This document shows positions 9,828 to 18,191 of a DNA stretch of 32,000 bases, piece by piece. A program made the translations under genes and the position numbers. Positions within the stretch are counted from its first letter, which is position 1. Every line of letters begins with the position of its first letter. This DNA is from Staphylothermus marinus F1. Its GTDB lineage: Archaea > Thermoproteota > Thermoprotei_A > Sulfolobales > Desulfurococcaceae. The stretch lies in assembly GCF_000015945.1 (NCBI RefSeq), contig NC_009033.1, positions 1,080,001 through 1,112,000 of the forward strand. Direction: 5' to 3'. Below the pieces are notes generated by a model that saw only the letters and a program-made list of their open reading frames with translations, was not told the DNA's origin and did no database searches.

Positions 9828-10415
9828 TTGAATAATAGAATTATAGTTGGAATATCTGGTGCCAGCGGAATCAGATACGCCCTTAAATTACTAGATATGT
9901 GTTCGCTTATGAAAAGAAAATATAGTGAAGTAGATGTTATAGTAACAGATAACGCTAAGCTAGTGGCTAGGGTAGAGGAAGGAATTGATGATATAATTGA
10001 TTATTTAAGAAAAAATAATTGTGTAGAGAAGATTTATGGAGAAAAAGATTGGTTTTCACCATTATCAAGTAGTAGCAACTTAGCCCATTCAGATATGGTG
10101 ATAATTCCTGCTTCGATGAATACTGTAGCTAAACTAGCTGCTAGTATTCAGGACAACTTGTTGCTGAGAACGGCTGCTTCAATAATGAGGTTACACAGAA
10201 AATTAATTATTGTTTTCCGGGAAACTCCTTTATCAACTATGGATCTGAGGAACTTATACATGTTATCTATGGGTGGAGCAGTAATTTTACCAGCTAGCCC
10301 TGCATTTTATTCGAAGCCCCAAACAATAGATGATATAATATTGTTTATTGTTGGAAAAGTATTTGATTCCCTAGGAATTCCTCATGACTTATACTGTCGA
10401 TGGATGTCGTGCTAG
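9828..10415 (+). CDS. ubiX: flavin prenyltransferase UbiX/Pad1 family
   Basis: The N-terminus RIIVGISGASGIRYALKLLD and the motif IIPASMNTVAKLA are typical of UbiX-type flavoproteins. The start is TTG at 9828 with GGTGA at 9817-9821. Confidence 0.8.
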   Translation: MNNRIIVGISGASGIRYALKLLDMCSLMKRKYSEVDVIVTDNAKLVARVEEGIDDIIDYLRKNNCVEKIYGEKDWFSPLSSSSNLAHSDMVIIPASMNTVAKLAASIQDNLLLRTAASIMRLHRKLIIVFRETPLSTMDLRNLYMLSMGGAVILPASPAFYSKPQTIDDIILFIVGKVFDSLGIPHDLYCRWMSC

Positions 10416-10807
10416 AGGAAATCTTCTACATCGTAGTCCTCGATCTCTTTCATTTCGCGGAAGAGTTCTTCATCCGTTGTTGATCGTGATCTTTTCTCTA
10501 AAGCCTTAGCACATCTACCGTCAGGTAATTGTGCATTGATTCTGCAACCTGAAAATTTGCACTCTGCACCAATACATTCGCTACCGGTTAGTCTGCAGAA
10601 AGCTACCTTTCTGATCTTACCTCTATAGGATTTTGTCACTATTACTAATGCTTTCCTTGTACATACAAAGAATGGACATAATGGATTGCACTTGTCACCT
10701 ATAGGCATCGGATAAGCTCTTCTTTGTACAGGTCTACTTCTATCATGCTTGAAAGGTCGGTATGGTCCTCGGCTAGGATAGGATTTATTAAATGGACGCT
10801 TATTCAA
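10412..10807 (-). CDS. hypothetical Cys-rich protein (9 Cys) with a basic N-terminus and an acidic C-terminal tail
   Basis: The Cys pattern is CX3CX4C ... CX5CX4CX4C ... C. The N-terminal 35 aa are rich in R/K/P. The C-terminus is EIEDYDVEDFL. The start is TTG. I recognise no family. Confidence 0.5.
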   Translation of the reverse strand: MNKRPFNKSYPSRGPYRPFKHDRSRPVQRRAYPMPIGDKCNPLCPFFVCTRKALVIVTKSYRGKIRKVAFCRLTGSECIGAECKFSGCRINAQLPDGRCAKALEKRSRSTTDEELFREMKEIEDYDVEDFL

Positions 10808-10927
10808 GGGTTAATCAGCTCCACATCGTTTCCATTAGTTTTTTCTATTTTCCGGGTTTCTGATTTATACAAGACGTTAATAACGAACTTCTAGAGTCTA
10901 TATTACCATAACGTCTTATATATTTTC

Positions 10928-11476
10928 TTATGGTTTCCACCAAGATAACAATACGTACTTTATTTCTTCATCACTAACTATTGCTATTATCAGTTTTTTT
11001 CTCACAGAATGTAGGAGGCGACCTATTCTAACAATGTCTATTGGATCATATTTTTCGCTTAATGAAAAGACTTCGACACCGAAAGGAGCATGATCTATTC
11101 CTGGACCAAACCTGTAGACTAGATAATCACAACCGAATTTTAGTCCTCGTCTTACAATAAATCCGCGATCCCTTAGATCCTTGTAAACAATGTATAACTC
11201 CTTAAATCTTTCAATATAATTGTTTCCTATAGTGTATAGCTCATTTTTTTCTACTTTCTTGTTTCCCATGTAGATGTTAAGGTTTCTTTTCTCGAGTAAA
11301 TATAGTGCTTCAATAATGGATAATTCCAGTGGTGCCTGAATATTCTTATCTCTAGGCTTTTGTATTCCTAAAAATGTACCATAATAGCCGTCCCAATATA
11401 TTTTGTTTGCACAATTATATTCGGGAATAATTACACGATTATAGAGGAGATAGCCTTTACAGGTTCCTGTCTCAAT
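10928..11476 (-). CDS. endA: tRNA-splicing endonuclease, catalytic subunit (full length requires a non-canonical start)
   Basis: The track ORF 10928..11269 carries the catalytic domain: DYLVY, GIDHAPF and HSVRKKL supply the Tyr/His/Lys triad. The same frame stays open upstream to 11524. There it encodes the conserved N-domain ...CKGYLLYNRVIIPEYNCANKIYWDGYYGTFLGIQKPRDKNIQAPLELSIIEALYLLEKRNL. No in-frame ATG, GTG or TTG occurs upstream of 11269. The candidate starts are ATT at 11476 or ATA at 11485. Confidence 0.8.
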   Translation of the reverse strand: METGTCKGYLLYNRVIIPEYNCANKIYWDGYYGTFLGIQKPRDKNIQAPLELSIIEALYLLEKRNLNIYMGNKKVEKNELYTIGNNYIERFKELYIVYKDLRDRGFIVRRGLKFGCDYLVYRFGPGIDHAPFGVEVFSLSEKYDPIDIVRIGRLLHSVRKKLIIAIVSDEEIKYVLLSWWKP

Positions 11477-11481
11477 ATTTG

Positions 11482-12147
11482 CTATGTTATTAGTATTCTG
11501 TGTAGTGCTAGAAATCGTAGCTCTTCACCTAAGGCCTTTAACAAATCTGCAGCGTTTTCTAGAAAATCAATTGCATCTTTTAATACCATTAATGGCACAA
11601 TTTTGTTCTCATATTTAGTGTATATTGTGAAAGTTAAGTTTCTATATAGTTCATCTGCTTTATTCTCTAAACGGGATATTTCTCTTACATGCATCATGGT
11701 TTTCTTGGGATCAGTTTTAAGCTTGTTTAACCCCTCATTTAAGCTATGATATTGTGCTACTACTGTGGATGCTAGTTCTTTTAGTTGATTATAGATGCTC
11801 TGATCTATTCTGTACCCCTTTATTCTTAAAAGAGTTAATCTATATGATGCGCCATCTAATAGTTGGACAAGCCTATCTATACCAAGAGCAATCGATATAT
11901 AGTTTTGCCTATTAGGTAAGGTCTCTCCAAGCCTTATAAGATACTCCATTAACATAAGTCTATTTTCCTCAACACGTATCTTTGGTGCTTGTATCTTGTT
12001 ATATAATTTGTCAAATTCTTGATCTGATAAAAGATTCGATAAAACATCTGTAAATGCCTTAATAACATCATCTGCTTGGTTGAGCAGATTAACCATGTTT
12101 TCGTATATATGCATCTCTGCTAATGTATCCTGCTCGTATTCAGCCAT
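11482..12147 (-). CDS. DUF47 / PhoU-like family protein (COG1392-like)
   Basis: The protein looks all-helical with two repeated motifs, ISRLENKADELYRNL and LKDAIDFLENAADLL, matching the DUF47 pattern I..LE..AD. The stop TAG at 11482-11484 overlaps the open endA frame. Confidence 0.55.
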   Translation of the reverse strand: MAEYEQDTLAEMHIYENMVNLLNQADDVIKAFTDVLSNLLSDQEFDKLYNKIQAPKIRVEENRLMLMEYLIRLGETLPNRQNYISIALGIDRLVQLLDGASYRLTLLRIKGYRIDQSIYNQLKELASTVVAQYHSLNEGLNKLKTDPKKTMMHVREISRLENKADELYRNLTFTIYTKYENKIVPLMVLKDAIDFLENAADLLKALGEELRFLALHRILIT

Positions 12148-12254
12148 TTTAATCTCCCTTTGAATATCTATAAATGGGTAGAGGTATTTAAGGGATACTT
12201 ATTATCATTAGTTTTAAACAATATCTAAAAATATGGTTTAAGAAATAGTTTCGG

Positions 12255-13862
12255 ATGCTAACAATGAAGGTTCTAGTTATTGATGCATTAGCTAGAGCTA
12301 GTGGTAGCAGGTATAGTACGTTTGACGTGGTTGGTGCTGGTCCTAGAGTAGTAGCTGGTATTATAAAGAATGCTGGGTTTAAAACCGATCTAAAAGCTTA
12401 TGAACTAGTTATTAACAAGCCTGAACTACTAAGAAATTATGAAACAATATTGATCTCGGCAATGTCAAGCGATAAAGGCGCGTTATCTAAATTGCTTAAT
12501 TTGATAGAAAATATTAATTATAAAGGCAAAATAATCGTGGGAGGACCAATAAGTTTTGAATATAAGGAATTACTAAAGAATAATCCGAGAATAAACTATG
12601 TATTAATAGGTGAAGCCGAGATACCTTTGCCTAAGCTCCTCGATAATATTATCTCTGGGGAAAAAGTCGGCAATGTACCAGCAGTAGCTTTTAAGGATGA
12701 AAATGGAGAAATCAAAGTTACCTCGCCACACATATATACGCCTGCAGAAATAATATCTAAAAATAAGCCTTGGGTAGAAATAGAAAAATCCTATCCTGAT
12801 CATAAAGTGTATAGGTACTATGTTGAAGTAGTACGGGGATGCAGTAATTACTTCAGACCCATTATTAGTGGAATCGATGGATTAAACTGTATAAAATGCT
12901 TCATATGTAGAAAAGGGGATCTCGATAAAAGAATGTATTGTCCAGCAAATATTCCTCCTGGATGCGGATTCTGCAGTGTACCTTACATGTTTGGACCAGC
13001 TCGTAGCAGAAGTATTGATAGCATAGTTGAGGAGATCAATGAATTAGTAGGACATGGTGCTAAGAGAATTGTTCTAAGTGCTCCTGACTTCTTGGATTAT
13101 GGTAGAGACTTACTAGTTAAACCAAAACCATTAACTGATCCCTGTCATCCGAAGCCGAATATAGAAATGATCGAAGCACTTCTATCTAGTCTTTTCGAGA
13201 TAGATAGAGTGAGAAATAAAAGTGTGAGGATATTTATTGAAAACATAAAAGCATGTCTAGTCACAGAAGATCTAGCTAAGATTCTTGGAAAATACCTGTC
13301 TGGTACAACTATACATATAGGTTTAGAAACCGGTGATTCAAAATATAATTCCTTAGTTCTCGGAAAACCTATAAGTGTTGAACACGTCTATAAAGCAGTA
13401 AAGTTATTGAAAGCTAATGGTTTAAGACCTTATGTATACTTAATGTACGGATTACCATTAGCAAATGAGAAAGTTTATAGAAAAACTCTTCGGGTAATAA
13501 GTAAATTATCTAGTCTAGGTGTGGAGAAAATTACTCTGTACAAGTTTGTTCCATTACCTGGAACTGCTTTCCAAAATCTAAAACCAGATATTAAACAATA
13601 TAGTAGAATAATCAGTTTGATCAAGAAAAAAGTTGAAAAATATAATTTATTGACGAAAACAAGCTTTATTGGGAGAAAAATACATGTACTACTGCTTCAC
13701 AGCAACGGCAAATATTATGGTTATCCAATTAATCATGGCCCAACAGTTTTTGTAAAAGGATTAACGAGTCCAGGATTTTCAGGGTGTGAAGCATTGGTTG
13801 AAATATATGATGTAGCACCTCGATTTTTATGGGGGAAATTTATTAGAATACTTACTTGTTAA
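12255..13862 (+). CDS. radical SAM superfamily protein with an N-terminal B12-binding-like/flavodoxin-like domain and a C-terminal TRAM-like domain
   Basis: The N-terminus VLVIDALA...ILISAMSS...IIVGGP resembles a B12-like Rossmann module. The core VEVVRGC...PPGCGFCSVP followed by HIGLETGD resembles a radical-SAM TIM barrel. The C-terminal IGRKIHVLLL...VFVKG...ALVEIYDV is TRAM-like. The Cys spacing is non-canonical (see findings). Confidence 0.65.
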   Translation: MLTMKVLVIDALARASGSRYSTFDVVGAGPRVVAGIIKNAGFKTDLKAYELVINKPELLRNYETILISAMSSDKGALSKLLNLIENINYKGKIIVGGPISFEYKELLKNNPRINYVLIGEAEIPLPKLLDNIISGEKVGNVPAVAFKDENGEIKVTSPHIYTPAEIISKNKPWVEIEKSYPDHKVYRYYVEVVRGCSNYFRPIISGIDGLNCIKCFICRKGDLDKRMYCPANIPPGCGFCSVPYMFGPARSRSIDSIVEEINELVGHGAKRIVLSAPDFLDYGRDLLVKPKPLTDPCHPKPNIEMIEALLSSLFEIDRVRNKSVRIFIENIKACLVTEDLAKILGKYLSGTTIHIGLETGDSKYNSLVLGKPISVEHVYKAVKLLKANGLRPYVYLMYGLPLANEKVYRKTLRVISKLSSLGVEKITLYKFVPLPGTAFQNLKPDIKQYSRIISLIKKKVEKYNLLTKTSFIGRKIHVLLLHSNGKYYGYPINHGPTVFVKGLTSPGFSGCEALVEIYDVAPRFLWGKFIRILTC

Positions 13863-13879
13863 GTGTTCTCTAATTCTTC

Positions 13880-14266
13880 TCAGGTTAGTTGACTCATTGT
13901 TTTAATTAATGTATCTAGTTTTATTGCTTTCTTGAAATAGTTATTTTTTATGAGGGCTTGTTTTAATTCGTTTAGTAGATCATATGTGTATGGAATACTG
14001 ACTAATTTCAAGTAGTTATAATATGTTTTTAAATATTGTTGTGTATTTTCATCAACATCACTATTTATTGTCATAATATCTTCGTGTTGGGAAAGCAGTA
14101 TTGTTGTTTTTTCAATGATCCCTTTGATCTCTGGTATTATTCTATCTACTTTTTCAGGATCACTATTTGAAGCATTCTTTACATATTTTAACTTATCTAT
14201 TAGTTCTTCATACTTGTTTACTAGGTCTCTGAGATTTGATAAGTAATCATATATGTGTTCATTCAT
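13880..14266 (-). CDS. hypothetical helical/coiled-coil protein (128 aa)
   Basis: The ORF is clean, and its composition (K/E/L/N rich) is typical of a helical protein. I recognise no motif. It lies 50 nt downstream of the 14317..14721 gene on the same strand. Confidence 0.4.
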   Translation of the reverse strand: MNEHIYDYLSNLRDLVNKYEELIDKLKYVKNASNSDPEKVDRIIPEIKGIIEKTTILLSQHEDIMTINSDVDENTQQYLKTYYNYLKLVSIPYTYDLLNELKQALIKNNYFKKAIKLDTLIKTMSQLT

Positions 14267-14316
14267 GACTCATACCGTCCATGTAGAAACTTGTTATTAT
14301 ATATTTGGTTGTATAA

Positions 14317-14721
14317 CTAATGTTTTCTTAGAGTTGCAATACTATTATCTGCTACGCCTTTTTCTCGTAGTTCTTCTGGGTAACAATACACTAGGTTTGT
14401 CCCGGCCTCCTCTATTATTATTGCTTTAAACAAGAATTTCTTTTTACCAGCAATAACAATTTCTATTGTATCGCCTTCTTTTATTCCAAGTGCTTCGGCG
14501 AGGTCTTTGGGTACTTTGGCCGTGTTTTCTGGAAGTGAATCATCATATTTTATCCTTATTCTTTTTTCACGTAATATTTTCTGTTTTCTTCTAAGCTCAG
14601 ATGCTGGGGGTATTATTGATACGAGTTTTTTAACATCTACTTTTTTAGCGGGTTCGCTTTTTTCTTCATTTGCGCTTTGCGTTGGTGTGGTTTCTTTTTC
14701 TTCGGGATACATAGTATGCAC
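14317..14721 (-). CDS. hypothetical protein with a disordered basic N-terminus and a C-terminal AbrB/VAT-N-like (cradle-loop barrel) domain
   Basis: The C-terminal AKVPKDLAEALGIKEGDTIEIVIAG...LVYCYPEELREKGVADNSIATL shows the two (lg.k.GD.v.i)-type psi-loop motifs. The same pattern appears in the CDC48 N-domain encoded in this window and in AbrB/SpoVT proteins. Confidence 0.4.
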   Translation of the reverse strand: MHTMYPEEKETTPTQSANEEKSEPAKKVDVKKLVSIIPPASELRRKQKILREKRIRIKYDDSLPENTAKVPKDLAEALGIKEGDTIEIVIAGKKKFLFKAIIIEEAGTNLVYCYPEELREKGVADNSIATLRKH

Positions 14722-14790
14722 CTTTCAGCTATTAGCTAGTCAAGGTGTCTCCATATATATCGTATTGATAAGGGATTATAAATTAATAGT

Positions 14791-16557
14791 TTAAAACTCT
14801 ATGTTAAACTCTTTTTTCAATCCGAGCAGACTTATTAGTTTATCGTGTAGTTCTTGAATATGTAGTCTTATCTGTTCCCTTGAATCTCTATCTCTTAGTG
14901 TAACCGTTTCATCTTCTAATGTTTGGTAATCAATTGTTATAGCATATGGTATACCTATTTCATCGGCTCTAGCGTATCTTCGACCAATGCTTCCTTCTTC
15001 ATCATAGTAAGCTAGTATGTTGTTCTCTAATAAGGCCCTATATACCTGTCTAGCTATTGAAACCATTTTTTTATGTTCAGGCTTATTACCTGTAACTAAT
15101 GGGAAAACAGCTACTTTATATGGAGCTATTCTTGGAGGTAATTTAAGAACTATTCTTCCATCTCTTGCAATACTTATAGAATTCTCTAAGACAACATAAA
15201 ATATTCTCTCCAAACCAAACGAGGGCTCTACAACGTGGGGTATTATTTTTTCTCCATGAATAGTTTCTTCTTTCTCACTTATTATGAAGCATTCGCGACT
15301 AAGTTTATAATTGCTGATTTCCACATAATTGTTCTTATTAAGCTCTTCCAGTATTTTTTCAGCAGGTATTTCATTGAGTTTTTTCATAACAGTTCCAATA
15401 TCTTTTCCCACTATTTCTCTTATTTTCTTGGGGTTAGGAACAATCTTAACAATTTTTTTCTTGATTGGTTTATCGTATTTTTTGAAATATGTAAGGTCAG
15501 CTTTTGAATACTTAATATGTCTGCTTAGATCATATGTTGTTCTATAACTATATCCTGCTACTTCTATCCAGCCATACTTCTCTGTATATACTTCTTGGTC
15601 GAATGTTTGCTCTGAATAATGAGCTTTTTCCTCGGGAAGTTTCTCGTCGAAACGTATTTTTTCAGACGAGATTCCCAGTTTTCTTAGGAAGATATTTCCT
15701 AGCGCCATCCAATAAGCCATCCATGGATTCTTGACTATTTTATTCTCAATTAATTCAATAGCTGTATATTTCCTAGTTTTTTCTTCTCCTCTCAACTTGT
15801 CCTCAGCGGTGATAATGTTTAGTTTTTCATTTCTTATCTCATCCGTCATATACTTCATTGTTTCTTCAAAGGCTTTTTCAGGATCAAAGAAGAATTCCAG
15901 CTCCATAATTGTGAATTCTCTAAGACGCAATAAGCCTTGACGCGGTGAAATCTCGTTTCTACCGACTCTACCTATCTGCGCTATTCCAAGAGGTAATTTA
16001 TTTCGTGCAATATTTAATACATGTTTAAACGATACAAACATTCCTTGCGCTGTTTCAGGCCTAAGATATGCTGGGCTCCCCTTATAGGGGCCTATTTCGG
16101 TTTTAAACAATAAAAGTGCTGGTTTAGGCTTTGTTAATTCTCCTCCACATTCTGGGCATCTAATATTATGTTCTTTAATGAGTTTCCATAATTCATCCAT
16201 CGATAATCCTTCTGCTCTAATTCCCAGGGCTTCTTCGATAAGATGGTCCGCTCTGAAAACTCTTCCGCATCTAGTACATTCTGTGATCGGATCTGTAAAG
16301 TGGTCTTCGTGGCCACTAGCTTTTAATACTATTCTAGGAGTAATTATTGGAGTTTCGATTTCTAGAACAAGCCCAGTATTATAGACAAGATTGTTAAGCC
16401 ACTCATTAATGATGTTTCTCTTGATTAATACCCCGTTAGGGCCGAAATCGTAGAATCCTGCTACTCCACCATATATTTCGTAGGATAACCAGAATAACCC
16501 CCTCCTCTTACCCAGATCTAAAAGTATTTGGTATTTATCAACTTGTTTATTTACCAA
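14791..16557 (-). CDS. glyS: glycine--tRNA ligase (archaeal/eukaryotic dimeric type)
   Basis: The N-terminus RRGLFWLSYEIYGGVAGFYDFGPNGVLIKRNI is present, with class II motifs (FRNEISPRQGLLRLREF, GLERI) and a C-terminal anticodon-binding domain. The length is 588 aa. The start is TTG at 16557. Confidence 0.92.
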   Translation of the reverse strand: MVNKQVDKYQILLDLGKRRGLFWLSYEIYGGVAGFYDFGPNGVLIKRNIINEWLNNLVYNTGLVLEIETPIITPRIVLKASGHEDHFTDPITECTRCGRVFRADHLIEEALGIRAEGLSMDELWKLIKEHNIRCPECGGELTKPKPALLLFKTEIGPYKGSPAYLRPETAQGMFVSFKHVLNIARNKLPLGIAQIGRVGRNEISPRQGLLRLREFTIMELEFFFDPEKAFEETMKYMTDEIRNEKLNIITAEDKLRGEEKTRKYTAIELIENKIVKNPWMAYWMALGNIFLRKLGISSEKIRFDEKLPEEKAHYSEQTFDQEVYTEKYGWIEVAGYSYRTTYDLSRHIKYSKADLTYFKKYDKPIKKKIVKIVPNPKKIREIVGKDIGTVMKKLNEIPAEKILEELNKNNYVEISNYKLSRECFIISEKEETIHGEKIIPHVVEPSFGLERIFYVVLENSISIARDGRIVLKLPPRIAPYKVAVFPLVTGNKPEHKKMVSIARQVYRALLENNILAYYDEEGSIGRRYARADEIGIPYAITIDYQTLEDETVTLRDRDSREQIRLHIQELHDKLISLLGLKKEFNIEF

Positions 16558-16662
16558 TATTTTAATACCTCGTTTTATCTGGTTTAAACTATAGTTTTAT
16601 CTTCTAAATGTGGAATATATTGTTGATGCTTATCAATAAATTAATGTGGAGCTGTATCCAAG

Positions 16663-17544
16663 TTGACTCTATGGAGGCATTTACTAGAGGAAACATGTGC
16701 ATTTGCATGTGTAAGAGATGAGAATTCAAAATATATAGTTGTAGGTATCCCCCTAGACTCGACAACAACCTATAAGCCTGGAACCAGAATGGCTCCTAAT
16801 AAGATAAGAGAGGTATCTTGTAATATTGAATATTATTCGCTGTTTGAAAACCTTAGTCTTGAAAGAATAGGTTTTAATGATTTAGGTAACATTGTTATGG
16901 TTCCAGGGTTTATACATGAAAATATTGATCGAATAAAGAATGTTGTTAGAGGAATTAGAGAAGAATATCCTGGTAAAACATATATTTTCCTAGGGGGAGA
17001 ACACTTAATCACATACCCGATTATACATGAATTAATTGACACTATTGATACGTTAATAGTTTTCGATGCACACCTAGATCTGAGAAATGATTATTTAGGT
17101 TCAAAGTTTAATCATGCAACTCATCTCCGCAGAATACTTGAGGAAACAAGTATCCCTATAATTCATTTTGGTGCCAGAGCAATCAGCGAAGAAGAATTAG
17201 GATTTGTTCAGAAACAATCCAATATAACAATGCTTTCTCCACTAAATCTCGATAATTATCAACGAATAATAAATAGTGATCTAGGAAACGTCTATATTAG
17301 TATAGATATAGACTCAGTGGACCCTGCATATGCTCCTGGAACATCTAATCCTGAAGCCTTAGGTTTACATCCAATCGATATCTTAAAAATAATAAGGAGT
17401 ATAGTTAGGAATGCAAGACAAGTTATTGGATTTGATATTGTAGAAGTTAATCCGCTAGGTGATATCAATGATATTACAAGTATATTAGCGGCTAAGATAG
17501 TATTTGAAATAATAGGTATGATGGAGAAGAAGAGCTCGGTTTAA
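16663..17544 (+). CDS. speB: agmatinase (arginase/ureohydrolase family)
   Basis: The Mn-binding motifs of the family are present: GGEHLITYP, FDAHLDLRND and SIDIDSVDPAYAPGTSNPE. The track start is TTG at 16663. Confidence 0.85.
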   Translation: MTLWRHLLEETCAFACVRDENSKYIVVGIPLDSTTTYKPGTRMAPNKIREVSCNIEYYSLFENLSLERIGFNDLGNIVMVPGFIHENIDRIKNVVRGIREEYPGKTYIFLGGEHLITYPIIHELIDTIDTLIVFDAHLDLRNDYLGSKFNHATHLRRILEETSIPIIHFGARAISEEELGFVQKQSNITMLSPLNLDNYQRIINSDLGNVYISIDIDSVDPAYAPGTSNPEALGLHPIDILKIIRSIVRNARQVIGFDIVEVNPLGDINDITSILAAKIVFEIIGMMEKKSSV

Positions 17545-17693
17545 ATAGCTTTTACTAATCGATAGCTTCGAGCAATCTTATATATTATCTCATATCCACA
17601 ATGCGGGCATCTAACACGTTGCCTACCATAAATACTAATCATTTCCTCTAGATCAAATTCTGCACCACACCTAGCACATTTATACTTAACCAT
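17541..17693 (-). CDS. rpoP: DNA-directed RNA polymerase subunit P (Rpo12/RPABC4 homolog), 50 aa
   Basis: It is below the track length cutoff. My minus-strand translation from the ATG at 17693 gives MVKYKCARCGAEFDLEEMISIYGRQRVRCPHCGYEIIYKIARSYRLVKAI, stop at 17541-17543. It has the CxxC...CxxC Zn ribbon typical of RpoP. It overlaps the speB stop convergently by 4 nt. Confidence 0.8.
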   Translation of the reverse strand: MVKYKCARCGAEFDLEEMISIYGRQRVRCPHCGYEIIYKIARSYRLVKAI

Positions 17694-17805
17694 ACTCTCA
17701 CACCACAAGCATTATACAACAGTTTCTTCAATCATATAAGTGGAATATAAATTTTATAAACTACCAATAAACAATAATGTATAGAAGAATAATAAGATTG
17801 AATGG

Positions 17806-18132
17806 TTGGAAAAAGGCATGGAGGAGGACTTTTCATCAATATATGGTGGGCTCCCTCCTGAACTAGTTGAGCAATTGGAGAGGGAACAACAAATAATTAA
17901 AATTAGGCTAGATAGGCGAAAATTTGGTAAGGAAGTAACTGTTATTGAGGGATTGACGGGCTCTAAAAATGAATTAAAACAATTAGCTAAAAAATTGAAG
18001 TCAAAACTTGCAACGGGGGGAACAGTTAAAGATGGTAAAATAGAGCTACAAGGAGATCATAGACATAGAGTCAAAGATATACTAATAAACGAGCTTGGTT
18101 TTCCACCAGAAAACATAATGATAATAGATTAG
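17806..18132 (+). CDS. sui1: translation initiation factor SUI1 (aIF1/eIF1)
   Basis: The SUI1 core [20 protein letters not shown]...[30 protein letters not shown] is present. The track start is TTG at 17806, and the in-frame ATG at 17818 is a plausible alternative. Confidence 0.88.
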   Translation: MEKGMEEDFSSIYGGLPPELVEQLEREQQIIKIRLDRRKFGKEVTVIEGLTGSKNELKQLAKKLKSKLATGGTVKDGKIELQGDHRHRVKDILINELGFPPENIMIID

Positions 18133-18191
18133 ACAATACAATAGCGGAGAAAAATAGAAGAGTTAAGTAAAAAATATTTATTTATGTTAAG

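Noticed and set aside
14507-16384. Multiple + strand track ORFs (14507..14794, 15017..15199, 15235..15507, 15329..15547, 15534..15734, 15731..15940, 16178..16384) and - strand 16134..16316
   Set aside because: All of them overlap glyS or the 14317..14721 gene, either out of frame or antisense. Their F/L/S-rich translations are typical of shadows in AT-rich DNA.
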